From NCBI GenBank assembly GCA_963844615.1, contig CAWJOZ010000001.1, positions 204,577 to 268,576 of the forward strand: a DNA stretch of 64,000 nucleotides. The letters are read 5' to 3'. The stretch comes from an uncultured Acidimicrobiaceae bacterium (GTDB taxonomy: Bacteria; Actinomycetota; Acidimicrobiia; Acidimicrobiales; RAAP-2). A program made the position numbers and the translations under genes. The notes under the pieces are model-generated. The model was not told the DNA's origin, did not search any database, and was given only the letters and a program-made list of their open reading frames with translations. Below are positions 48,630 to 57,665 of the stretch, one piece after another. Each line of letters opens with the position of its first letter. The first letter of the stretch is position 1.

Positions 48630-49604
48630 ATGGGATTCGCGCATTTTTGGTTGTCGGGGTTTGACCAGATTCGCACCGGGTTTTGGGCGTACGTCGCGGT
48701 GGGCCTGGAGAACGGTTCGTTGTACGCGATGATTGCGGTGGGCTACACGCTCGTCTACGGCGTGCTCGGTCTGATCAACTTTGCTCACGGTGAAGTCTTC
48801 ATGTGCGGTGGTTTCGCCGCGGTGCTCTTGACCCACGCCATTATCGGCAACGGAGTACGGGACGGCTGGGCCTCAGTCGCACTCATCTTCGCTGGTATTG
48901 CCTTCGCGGGTCTCATTAGTGCGCTCGTGGCGACCGGGGTCGAACGTGTCGCCTATCGTCCTCTTCGACGACGACACGCGCCCAAACTCGCCTATCTCAT
49001 CAGCGCCATTGGCGCGTCCTACTTCTTGCAGACCCTCGCGGGCAAGGAGTTCGGTTACGGTCAGAACGTCTTTCCCGCGGAGATCTTTCCCGCCGGTCAA
49101 ACGCTGTTCTCGATTGCCGGTACGTCGATTCACACCATTCAAGTCGTTTGCTTGATCGTCGGCGTAGCCATGTTCTTGGCTGCGGATCGCATCGTGCGTC
49201 AGACGAAACTCGGGCGAGGCATTCGCGCGGTGTCTCAGGACGCCGAGACCTCAGCGCTCATGGGCGTCAACATTGACCGCACAATCACGCTCACCTTCAT
49301 CATCGGTGGCACGCTCGCGGGAGCGGCCGGATTTTTGTACTCCATCCAAAATGGCATCATCCAAAGTTCGGGCACGGAGCTGGGTATCTACGCCTTCACC
49401 GCGGCAGTGCTGGGCGGGATTGGCAACCTTCGCGGTGCCGCGCTCGGCGGGCTCGTCATTGGACTCTTCGGCAGTTTCTCGGTGCCGTTCGCCTTCGAAG
49501 GCAATATCACGTGGGTCGAGATCTATACGTTCTTAATTCTGGTGCTGGTCTTGATCATCCGGCCGACCGGCATCCTCGGTGAACGCTCGGGGAGGACGGC
49601 GTGA
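48630..49604 (+). CDS. livH: branched-chain amino acid ABC transporter permease LivH
   Basis: 'YAMIAVGYTLVYGVLGLINFAHGE', 'LGRGIRAVSQD', 'AAVLGGIG'. Confidence 0.9.
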   Translation: MGFAHFWLSGFDQIRTGFWAYVAVGLENGSLYAMIAVGYTLVYGVLGLINFAHGEVFMCGGFAAVLLTHAIIGNGVRDGWASVALIFAGIAFAGLISALVATGVERVAYRPLRRRHAPKLAYLISAIGASYFLQTLAGKEFGYGQNVFPAEIFPAGQTLFSIAGTSIHTIQVVCLIVGVAMFLAADRIVRQTKLGRGIRAVSQDAETSALMGVNIDRTITLTFIIGGTLAGAAGFLYSIQNGIIQSSGTELGIYAFTAAVLGGIGNLRGAALGGLVIGLFGSFSVPFAFEGNITWVEIYTFLILVLVLIIRPTGILGERSGRTA

Positions 49605-50947
49605 ACCTCCTCGCGCCCGCCTCGCTGAAGCGGCTCTTCAGTGCCTTGATGCTGACGGCACTCGTCGCGGTGATGACGGGTGCTCCGGGCGGGTTCGGCG
49701 TGCCGGCGGATACGGGCATCCACGGGTCGTTCCTGGAGCGCGTCTCGTACTTCGGGCTCTTTCGCACGCAGCGCTGGTCCATCTTCCTTACCCTCGGCAT
49801 CCTGGCCTGGCTGGTGGTCTCGTTCTATCAGCCGCGCGCACTGGGCATCCGGCGCAAGTTGGAGCCGATCGTGGCCGTTCCGTCGAAGGTGATGGAGAAA
49901 CGTCGCAATCGGTTCATCCTCATTGGGGTGGTCCTCATACTCACGCTGCTCGTTCCGCACTTTGAGCACCAGCAGTTCTGGATGTATTTGATCGTCGAGC
50001 AGATCGGCGTGTGGATTCTCCTCGCCCAAGGGCTCAACGTGGTCGTGGGCTTTGCGGGTCTCCTCGACCTCGGCTTTGCGGCCTTCTACGCCATCGGGGC
50101 CTATACGACCGCATGGTTGACCGGCGTGCTTCCGACCCCCGCCCTGTTCCACCATCCGATTCCCACTCTCTGGTGCATCCCGATTGGGGTGGGCCTCGCC
50201 ATGGTCTTCGGCATCCTGCTGGGGGTACCGACGTTGCGACTGCGCGGCGACTATCTCGCCATCGTGACCCTCGGCTTCGCGCTCATTATCGACGACTTCG
50301 TCGGACTCCAGAGCGGTCTGACCGGCGGCGGCGAAGGATCGCTCACCGTGCCCAAGTTCGACTTGAACCTGGGGTTTTGGCACTACCACTGGGGCATCAG
50401 TCCAGTGCCGTATTTCTACTTGTGCATGCTCTTCGTCGTGATCTTCATCACAGTATTTACGTCGCTCGAGTACTCGCGCATCGGCCGCTCTTGGGTCGCG
50501 ATTCGCGAAGACGAGGTCGCCGCGGAGTCCGTGGGCATCAACCCGCTCAAATACAAGGTCATGGCCTTTGCCGTGGGCGCGGCGAGCGGCGGTTTTGGTG
50601 GCGTGCTCACGGCGGGCCTGATCGGCAACATCAACCCCACCCTCTTTCAGTATCAGGTCTCGGTCAACGTGTTGATCCTGGTCATCTTTGGCGGCATGGG
50701 TTCGATCTGGGGCGTGGCCATTGGCGCGATCATCGTCCAGACGGCCACCAGCTATCTTGACAACTACCAACCGTGGGGCTATCAGCTTCAGGACCTCTAC
50801 ATGTACATCGGGGCGCTGCTCATCATCATGATGATCTTCCGACCCGCGGGCATCTTGCCGTCGCGTCGTCGCTATCGCGAAATCCGCGCCTACGAGACGG
50901 AGGGTGAGGGTCATCTCGATGAGGTCTTGAGCGGGGACCAGCCGTGA
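49601..50947 (+). CDS. livM: branched-chain amino acid ABC transporter permease LivM
   Basis: '[15 protein letters not shown]', '[15 protein letters not shown]', 'AIREDE', 'IFGGMGS'. Confidence 0.9.
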   Translation: MNLLAPASLKRLFSALMLTALVAVMTGAPGGFGVPADTGIHGSFLERVSYFGLFRTQRWSIFLTLGILAWLVVSFYQPRALGIRRKLEPIVAVPSKVMEKRRNRFILIGVVLILTLLVPHFEHQQFWMYLIVEQIGVWILLAQGLNVVVGFAGLLDLGFAAFYAIGAYTTAWLTGVLPTPALFHHPIPTLWCIPIGVGLAMVFGILLGVPTLRLRGDYLAIVTLGFALIIDDFVGLQSGLTGGGEGSLTVPKFDLNLGFWHYHWGISPVPYFYLCMLFVVIFITVFTSLEYSRIGRSWVAIREDEVAAESVGINPLKYKVMAFAVGAASGGFGGVLTAGLIGNINPTLFQYQVSVNVLILVIFGGMGSIWGVAIGAIIVQTATSYLDNYQPWGYQLQDLYMYIGALLIIMMIFRPAGILPSRRRYREIRAYETEGEGHLDEVLSGDQP

Positions 50948-51747
50948 GTGACGACCTGATCATCAACGTCGAGAACGTCACGCTGCGCTTTGGTGGCGTG
51001 GTGTCACTCAAAGACGTGTCGGTCGAGATGCGTCGTGGCGAAATCCTGGCCGTGATCGGACCGAACGGTGCCGGCAAAACCTCGCTGTTCAACTCCATCA
51101 CCGGCGTCTACCAACCCCAGGAAGGCACCATCACCTTCTTGTCGAGCCAGGCTCCTCCGTTGAGCGTGATCGGCAAGAAGCCGCATCGCATCGCCCAGGC
51201 CGGTGTCTCGCGAACGTTCCAAGCGTCACGGCTCTTCAGCGCGCTCACCGTCTTTGAGAACGCGAAGATTGGTGCGGAGAACCACCGGGGGATCGGCCTT
51301 GTCGGCGCGCTGGTGAACGGACCCCGCACGCGCCGTGGTGAGCACGAGTCCGACAAAGTGGCCACCGAATTCCTCAAATTCGTCGGCCTGCTTGGTGAGT
51401 CGAACACGGTCGCGTCCCAGCTCTCCTACGGTGCTCGACGTCGCTTAGAGATCGCCCGCGCCTTGGCGACCCATCCCGAAGTGATCTTGCTGGACGAGCC
51501 AGCCGCGGGCACCAATCCGTCTGAGAAGCTCGAACTGACGACGCTGATTCGTCGCGTGCGCGACGAGCGCGGAGTCAGCGTGCTGCTGATCGAGCACGAC
51601 ATGAAGCTCGTTATGGCGCTCGCCGAACGGCTCTACGTGCTCAACTTTGGCTCGACAATCGCCGAAGGCACGCCTGAGGAGATTCGTTCGAACCAGGCCG
51701 TGATAGACGCGTACCTCGGCACCACGACGGTGGAGAAGAGTGCGTAA
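50944..51747 (+). CDS. livG: ABC transporter ATP-binding protein LivG
   Basis: 'IGPNGAGKT', '[15 protein letters not shown]', 'LLDEPAAG', 'IEHDM'. Confidence 0.92.
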   Translation: MSDDLIINVENVTLRFGGVVSLKDVSVEMRRGEILAVIGPNGAGKTSLFNSITGVYQPQEGTITFLSSQAPPLSVIGKKPHRIAQAGVSRTFQASRLFSALTVFENAKIGAENHRGIGLVGALVNGPRTRRGEHESDKVATEFLKFVGLLGESNTVASQLSYGARRRLEIARALATHPEVILLDEPAAGTNPSEKLELTTLIRRVRDERGVSVLLIEHDMKLVMALAERLYVLNFGSTIAEGTPEEIRSNQAVIDAYLGTTTVEKSA

Positions 51748-52457
51748 TGCTCAGCGTTAAGAACGCCGTCGTTCGCTACGGCGTCATCGAGGCGCTCCAC
51801 GGGATCTCCTTTGAGATCGAACAGGGCGAGATTGTGACGTTGCTCGGGGCGAATGGTGCCGGTAAGTCGACCACGCTGCGCATGATCTCGGGGTTGCACG
51901 CGCCGTCGAGTGGTTCGATCTTCTTCGAGGATCGCGACATCACGAACGTCAAGGCCCACGAGTTCGCGTCCTTTGGCGTCAGCCACGTGCCCGAGGGTCG
52001 GCGGATCTTCGGTGCGATGACGGTCGAGGAGAACCTGGAAATGGGGGGATTCACCCGTCGCGGCTCGCTATCGACCGACATTGACGAGATCTTCGACATG
52101 TTCCCGATCTTGCGAGACCGCCGCAAGCAAAAGGGCGCAAACCTCTCGGGTGGCGAACAGCAGATGCTCGCCATCGGTCGTGCCCTCATGTCCAAGCCGC
52201 GTCTGCTGCTGCTGGACGAACCATCGATGGGCCTCGCCCCCATGATCATCCAGCAGATCTTTCAGATCATCAGCCAGATCCGCGAACAGGGTACGACAGT
52301 GTTCGTGGTTGAGCAGAACGCCCAGCAGGCCCTGCGGCTGGCCGATCGGGGCTACGTGATGGAAAACGGCCGGATCGTGTTTGGCGATAGCGCGGCCAAC
52401 CTCCTCGAAGATCCACGAGTGCGCGCGGTGTATCTCGGCGAGGCGATCGAGACCTAG
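51747..52457 (+). CDS. livF: ABC transporter ATP-binding protein LivF
   Basis: 'LGANGAGKST', 'VPEGRRIF', 'LSGGEQQMLAIGRAL', 'LLDEPSMGLAP'. Confidence 0.93.
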   Translation: MLSVKNAVVRYGVIEALHGISFEIEQGEIVTLLGANGAGKSTTLRMISGLHAPSSGSIFFEDRDITNVKAHEFASFGVSHVPEGRRIFGAMTVEENLEMGGFTRRGSLSTDIDEIFDMFPILRDRRKQKGANLSGGEQQMLAIGRALMSKPRLLLLDEPSMGLAPMIIQQIFQIISQIREQGTTVFVVEQNAQQALRLADRGYVMENGRIVFGDSAANLLEDPRVRAVYLGEAIET

Positions 52458-52478
52458 AACACACCTCCGACCTTTGGG

Positions 52479-53225
52479 ATGCCGTCCAAGGGAGGAACGT
52501 TGCTAGAGAGTGATTCGGTTTCATCGTGTTGGCGCGACGTGGACGACGTGCTGTCGGCCGGAGTCGCCCGACTCATCCTGTATGGTCCACCCGGCACGGG
52601 AAAGACCTACGCGGCGCTGCACTTCGGCGTCGGCGCGACGCCGGCCGAGCGACTCGTGTGCACCGAAGACCTCACGAGTGGCGAGATCACCGGCACGTGG
52701 ATGCCCAGCGGCGAGAATCGCTTCGAGTGGCGAGAGGGTCCGGCGATCCGCGCGTGGAAGGGGCGCGACGGAACGGGAGGGCGACTCGTGCTCGACGAGG
52801 TCGATCGAGCATCGGGCGACGCCCTGGCGACGCTGCTCGCGATGACCGACTCGCCCGAGTCGGCGCGCTGGCGCAATCCCGACATCGGCGAGTGGGTGCG
52901 GCCCGGACAGAACTTCTCCGTGGTGATGACGTCCAACGTCGAGGACCTCGAGGAGATCCCCGCGTCACTACGCGACCGTTTTCCCGTCAGCGTGAGAATC
53001 GACCGGCCGGCCGTTGCGGCACTCGAGCGACTGAGTGGCGACCTTCGAGCCGCGGCTCTGGCGGGTTCGCTCGGGCCGGAGGGTCGCCGGGTCTCGCTGC
53101 GCAGTTTCTACGCCTTCGACGACCTGCGACGTCACCATGGTTCCGAGCGTGCCGCCGAGCTCGTTTTTGGTGCGAGTTTCGCCCAACCCGTTCTGGACGC
53201 CCTTCGCATCGGCGCGGTGGCGTGA
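52479..53225 (+). CDS. minimal MoxR/CbbQ/CobS-like AAA+ ATPase
   Basis: Walker A 'GPPGTGKT', helix-2-insert-like 'EITGTW..FEWREGP', Walker B 'LVLDEVD', sensor 'MTSN', Arg finger 'LRDRF'. Alternative start TTG 52500 after GGAGG. Confidence 0.85.
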   Translation: MPSKGGTLLESDSVSSCWRDVDDVLSAGVARLILYGPPGTGKTYAALHFGVGATPAERLVCTEDLTSGEITGTWMPSGENRFEWREGPAIRAWKGRDGTGGRLVLDEVDRASGDALATLLAMTDSPESARWRNPDIGEWVRPGQNFSVVMTSNVEDLEEIPASLRDRFPVSVRIDRPAVAALERLSGDLRAAALAGSLGPEGRRVSLRSFYAFDDLRRHHGSERAAELVFGASFAQPVLDALRIGAVA

Positions 53226-54565
53226 GCGTCATCTATCCGGAGCTGGTCGCCGGTCGCGCCGACGACGAATGGAGGGCGTGGACGATTCGAGAAGGTTCCA
53301 CGTCCCGGGGTGAGGCGAGTTGCAATCTGCACGATCGAGTTCTCGAAGTTCCACTGGGAGAGGGAGAGCAGGCCCGCGCGGTGCGCGCCCACGAGTTGAT
53401 GCACGCGCGCGTGAGCCCGCGTGTCGAGCACCTGATGAAAGCACTCGACGAAGTTGCCCCGCGCGCCCTGGAGTGCGCGGAGGAACTCCGCGTCAACGTC
53501 TTGGTCGGTCGCCTGGGGTTCGACCTGGCGCAGCTGAGCGACGGCAGCGAGAAACTCGGCGCGCGGCGACTCGCGGAGTCAGGCCAATGGGCCGAAGCGC
53601 TGTGCTTCTACATGGCGGTACTGGGCACGGGCGCCGAGCGGTCGTTTCTAAGCGGGATCCGTGCGGGCGATGCGACGTGGCTGCCCGCACTTCGTGCGGT
53701 GCGCAAGCGGGCCGTTGATATCTTCTCGCGCGAGACGCGCGTGCTGGGTGCCACTGACCTCGACGAGTCCGGCCTGCCACGCGGCTACGCCTCGTCCACC
53801 CTGGTGCTCGCGCGACTGCTCACTCAAACGGCGTGCGCGCGGCTGCCCAAAGGGACCGAAGAGTTGCGGGCCTTTCGCCGTTCATTGGAGGTTGGCGGGC
53901 GACGTCCCCCTACCGGCGTCTTCGCGCCGCTGGTGATCGATGACGCCATGGCCCGAGTGCGAAGAACGTCCCGCGGGGCTGAGCGACGTTGGCGCCCAGC
54001 AACGTCTGGTACCGTGCTGCGCTATCCCGGCCGACTCCTGAGCGACGACCATCGCCGAGCGTTCGGCGCACGTCGGGTGTCTCACGGAGGAGTCGTCGTG
54101 ATTGATCAGTCGGGCTCCATGGACGTGTCGCCCCACGACCTCAGGGCCGTCCTGCGAGATTCACCGGCGGCCCTCGTCATCGGTTACAGCCACCGCCCCG
54201 GCGACCGGGGAACGGCACCCAACGCGTGGGTGCTCTGCGATCGAGAGCTGGTGGCCCGTCCGAGTCCGTCGGGCAACGTGGGCAACGGAGTCGACGGCCC
54301 AGTGCTCGCCTGGGCCGCGGCGCACCGACGCGCGAATGAGCCCTTCGTGTGGGTCACCGACGGTCAAGTGACCGACTCGCATGACTATCCCGACGCAGCG
54401 CTCTCGCGCGAGTGCGCCCACATGGTGCGAGATCACCGGATTCGCCTCGTCCGCGACCTCTCTGGCGTGACGGGCGCCCTGAGGGTCGATCGCCCCACGC
54501 CGCGCTCCCAATGGAGTTCGTTTGGCCGAGTGGGCCATGCACTTCGCGCGATGAGCGTCAATTAA
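53222..54565 (+). CDS. HExxH metallopeptidase-like / vWA domain protein (447 aa)
   Basis: GTG overlaps the ATPase TGA. 'AHELMH' (53390-53404) followed by 'EELRVN'; MIDAS 'IDQSGSM' (54104-54118); 'GNGVDGP'; 'WVTDG'. Confidence 0.75.
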   Translation: MSVIYPELVAGRADDEWRAWTIREGSTSRGEASCNLHDRVLEVPLGEGEQARAVRAHELMHARVSPRVEHLMKALDEVAPRALECAEELRVNVLVGRLGFDLAQLSDGSEKLGARRLAESGQWAEALCFYMAVLGTGAERSFLSGIRAGDATWLPALRAVRKRAVDIFSRETRVLGATDLDESGLPRGYASSTLVLARLLTQTACARLPKGTEELRAFRRSLEVGGRRPPTGVFAPLVIDDAMARVRRTSRGAERRWRPATSGTVLRYPGRLLSDDHRRAFGARRVSHGGVVVIDQSGSMDVSPHDLRAVLRDSPAALVIGYSHRPGDRGTAPNAWVLCDRELVARPSPSGNVGNGVDGPVLAWAAAHRRANEPFVWVTDGQVTDSHDYPDAALSRECAHMVRDHRIRLVRDLSGVTGALRVDRPTPRSQWSSFGRVGHALRAMSVN

Positions 54566-54639
54566 CGCGAGTTGGGATGTGACAAGCCCTGATCAGACTC
54601 GTTAGCGACTGAAGCGACGCCGCTCAGCAAGGTTACCCC

Positions 54640-54684
54640 TTGCATCGAACGTCTGTTCGCTTTATGATTACGAACAGGTGTTCG
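54640..54684 (+). promoter_or_regulatory. SOS promoter with two LexA boxes
   Basis: -35 TTGCAT (54640-45), 17-nt spacer containing CGAAC-GTCT-GTTCG (54646-59), -10 TATGAT (54663-68), second box CGAAC-AGGT-GTTCG (54671-84). Confidence 0.9.
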
Positions 54685-54705
54685 TAGAGCAAGGGAGTCG
54701 GAGCC

Positions 54706-55132
54706 ATGGCCGCAGTCGAACTGCTGGAGTGTCACCCCGCCGAGGGGGCGGCGACCTACCTGCGTCTGGTAACCGAGGCGCCACGGGCCTATCGACAGGG
54801 ACCTTCGCTGCAACCAGCGCCGCAGCACGCGGGCGCGTGCTCGGGCCCGTCGCAACCGACTCGGCGCCGGGCTCGTGCTGGCCCTCGCGATCGGCATTCT
54901 GGCGGTGCCCGGACACGTCTTTGGCGCGACGACGGGGGCCGGACTGCCGAGCGACCTCGCCTCCTCGTCGACGCTGGCGTCGGGCATGGACTACGTGGTT
55001 CAGCCCGGTGACTCGCTCAGCTCCATCGCTCGAGAAATGAACCCAGTAGACTCCGCGCACGCTCGCGTCCTGCTGGTGCGAGAACTCGGGTCGCAGGTGG
55101 TGGTACCCGGCGAGCACGTGCTCATCCCCTGA
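54706..55132 (+). pseudogene. TM+LysM protein (DivS/ChiZ/YneA-like SOS division inhibitor), +1 frameshift near 54810
   Basis: ATG 54706 with RBS. The second frame reads 'RARARRNRLGAGLVLALAIGILAVPG' (TM) then LysM 'YVVQPGDSLSSIA', and has no start codon before the TM helix (span 427 = 3n+1). Upstream of nrdR. Confidence 0.8.
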
Positions 55133-55165
55133 AGAATTTTGGGGTGACCGGTGTATCGTGAAGTG

Positions 55166-55636
55166 GTGCGGTGCCCCTTTTGCTCGGCCGATGACGATCG
55201 AGTCGTCGATTCGCGTCTCGCCGAAGACGGCGTCGTCATTCGGCGCCGGCGCGAGTGCAACAACTGCTCCCAGCGCTACACCACGTTCGAGCGAATCGAA
55301 GAAATTGGACTATTTGTCGTGAAGCGCTCGGGCGAGCGCGAGCCCTTTAGTCGCGAGAAGGTACTGCGCGGGGTGCGGGCGGCGGCCAAGAACCGCCCGG
55401 TCGATGATGAATCCCTCGAGGCCCTGGTGGTGGGGGTGGAGGAGTCGATGCGACTGCTGAATCGCGACGTATCGAGCGAGGAAGTGGGCATGGCGACCCT
55501 GGAGGCGTTGCGCGATGTTGACGACGTCGTGTACGTGCGCTTCGCCTCGGTCTACAAGGGATTTTCGGACACCGAGGACTTCGCGCGCGAGATCGGCATG
55601 CTGGTCAAGACCACCGCACCCAAGCACCACGGGTAG
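55166..55636 (+). CDS. nrdR: transcriptional repressor NrdR
   Basis: 'MRCPFC..D.RVVDSR', 'RRRRECNNCSQRYTTFE', ATP cone 'VVKRSG.REPFSREK', 'YVRFASVY'. ORF track start is 55151. Confidence 0.97.
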   Translation: MRCPFCSADDDRVVDSRLAEDGVVIRRRRECNNCSQRYTTFERIEEIGLFVVKRSGEREPFSREKVLRGVRAAAKNRPVDDESLEALVVGVEESMRLLNRDVSSEEVGMATLEALRDVDDVVYVRFASVYKGFSDTEDFAREIGMLVKTTAPKHHG

Positions 55637-55638
55637 TC

Positions 55639-56346
55639 GTGCGCGCATTTCGTCTCCAGCCGCAAGTTGCCCTGGCTATCTACGCGCACCCCGACGACGC
55701 GGACGTGGCCGCGGGCGGCGTAATGGCCCAGTGGGCGAGCGAGGGCGTCGCGGTCCATCTGGTCGTGATCTGCGACGGCGCCAAGGGTTCGCACTCGCCC
55801 AACCTCACCGCCTCGGTGGTGCGCGAGACGCGCCGCGAGGAGCTACAGAACGCCGCCGACCTGCTGGGCCTCGCGAGCGTGACCCAGCTCGACGTTCCCG
55901 ATGGCGACGTGAATAACACGAGCGAGTTGCGCGAGACCCTCGTGGGGCTCGTGCGGCGTCTTGGTCCCGACGTCGTGCTGGGTCCCGATCCCACCGCCAC
56001 GTTCTTTGGCGAGGTGTACGTCAACCACCGCGATCACCGCGAAACGGGTTGGGCGTTGCTGGACGCCGTGGCGCCAGCGGCGGCGATGCCGCTGTACTTT
56101 CCTGACCAGGGCGCGCCGCATCAGGTGAGCATTCTGCTCTTGAGTGGTACGCACGAGCCGGACGTGGTGGTAGACGTCTCGGCCTCGATCGACGTCAAAG
56201 TGAAGGCCATCCTCGCGCACGCGTCCCAGACTGGTGGCGACGCCGAGGCGATCCGCGACGTCGTGCACGAGCGCGCGGAGCAGGCGGGTCGGCCCGTGGG
56301 CGTGGCGTACGGTGAGGCGTTCCGCTGTGTTGAACTCGCCTTTTGA
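55639..56346 (+). CDS. PIG-L family deacetylase
   Basis: 'AHPDDA', 'DGAKG', 'RREELQNAA..LG', 'HRDH', 'HASQ', 'EAF'. Confidence 0.88.
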   Translation: MRAFRLQPQVALAIYAHPDDADVAAGGVMAQWASEGVAVHLVVICDGAKGSHSPNLTASVVRETRREELQNAADLLGLASVTQLDVPDGDVNNTSELRETLVGLVRRLGPDVVLGPDPTATFFGEVYVNHRDHRETGWALLDAVAPAAAMPLYFPDQGAPHQVSILLLSGTHEPDVVVDVSASIDVKVKAILAHASQTGGDAEAIRDVVHERAEQAGRPVGVAYGEAFRCVELAF

Positions 56347-57665
56347 CGATCCCTCCGTTGACGACGCGCCGATCCTGCACGTCGACCTCGACGCCTTCTT
56401 CGCCTCGGTCGAGGTGCTCGACGATCCTTCGCTGCGCGGCAGGCCGGTGGCGGTAGGGGGAGCGGGGGACCGCGGGGTCATCGCCAGCGCCTCCTACGAG
56501 GCGCGTAAGTACGGAGTGAAGAGTGCGATGCCGAGCGTGACCGCACGGCGCGCGTGTCCGAACCTGATCATCCTGCCCGGGCGCTTCGATCGCTACGAGG
56601 AGTACTCGCGCCTCTTTCACGACATCGTGCGCGACCTCACTCCGGAGTTCGAGCCCCTGGGTCTCGACGAGGTCTTCGCGGACCTGCGCAGCCTGCGTCG
56701 CTTGAGGGTGCGGCCCCTGCAAGCGGGAGAGCGCCTGCGATCTCGCATCAACGACGAGCTGCAGTTGCGCTGCGGGGTCGGCCTCGGGCGCAACAAGCTC
56801 TTCGCCAAACTGGCCTCCAAGGAGTCCAAGCCCCAAGTCGTCAAGGGTCGCCTCATCGAAGGACCGGGTGTGTTCTGGGTCAGTCCCGAGACTGAAAAGC
56901 AGTGGCTGGCGTCACTCCCGGTGCGCGCACTCTGGGGTGTCGGGCCGGCCACGGCGTCCAAGCTCGCCTCCCTCGGTCTGACCCACGTGCGCGATCTCAC
57001 TCGGGTCGACGAAGCCACGCTCAGCTGTGCACTTCGGGCCGGCGATGGCCGCCACGCTGGCCGCGTACGCGGCGGGCGAGGATCATCGCGAGGTCGTCGT
57101 CGACCGCGAGGTCAAGTCGGTCGGACACGATCAGACCTTTGCGCGCTCGCTGGCCGGATTCGAGGAGGTGAGCCGTCAGCTGCGCACCCACGCCGCCGTC
57201 GTGGCGCGAGCGCTGCGCGACCGAGGCCTCGTCGCTCGCACCATCAGTATCAGCGTGCGCTACGACGACCTCACGAGCGTGTCGCGCTCTCAGACCCTGC
57301 CCTTTGGCGTCGACGACGAAGAGGCCATCGCCTCCATCGCCCAGGCGCTGGTGGCGTCGGTCGACCTCTCCCAGGCGGTGCGACTGTTGGGTCTGTACGG
57401 ATCGAGCTTTCTCGAACGCTCCGACAATCAGATGCAGCTGAGCTTTGGGTTCGACGCGGGTGCGGCCCACTCGAGCGCGACCGAAACGTCGCGGGATCAG
57501 CAGGTCGATCGCACCGCCCTACGCGACGTGGTGGACGAAATACGCAAGCGCTTCGGTCGAACCTCGCTCGGAACGGCGAATGAACTCAAGGACGATGGCC
57601 TCGACGTCGCGGTCCAGCGAGGGCGCCACGCCTTCGGTCCGGACTCTTCTAGTCGTGAACCGTGA
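56327..57665 (+). pseudogene. dinB: DNA polymerase IV (DinB), +1 frameshift near 57024
   Basis: 'LHVDLDAFFASVE', 'ASYEARKYGV.SAMP', 'GLDE', 'AKLAS', 'LWGVG'. Little-finger domain 'KSVGHDQTF..SRSQTL..VRLLG' is in the next frame (span 1339 = 3n+1). Confidence 0.9.

Noticed and set aside
52454-52470. AGAAC-ACAC-CTCCG upstream of the AAA gene as an SOS box
   Set aside because: Three mismatches to CGAAC-N4-GTTCG and no promoter context.
52526-53221. 679-aa ORF 52526..54565 suggesting a long N-terminal domain on the vWA protein
   Set aside because: The first 232 codons are an R-rich off-frame shadow of the AAA gene. The real start is the GTG at 53222 overlapping the ATPase stop.
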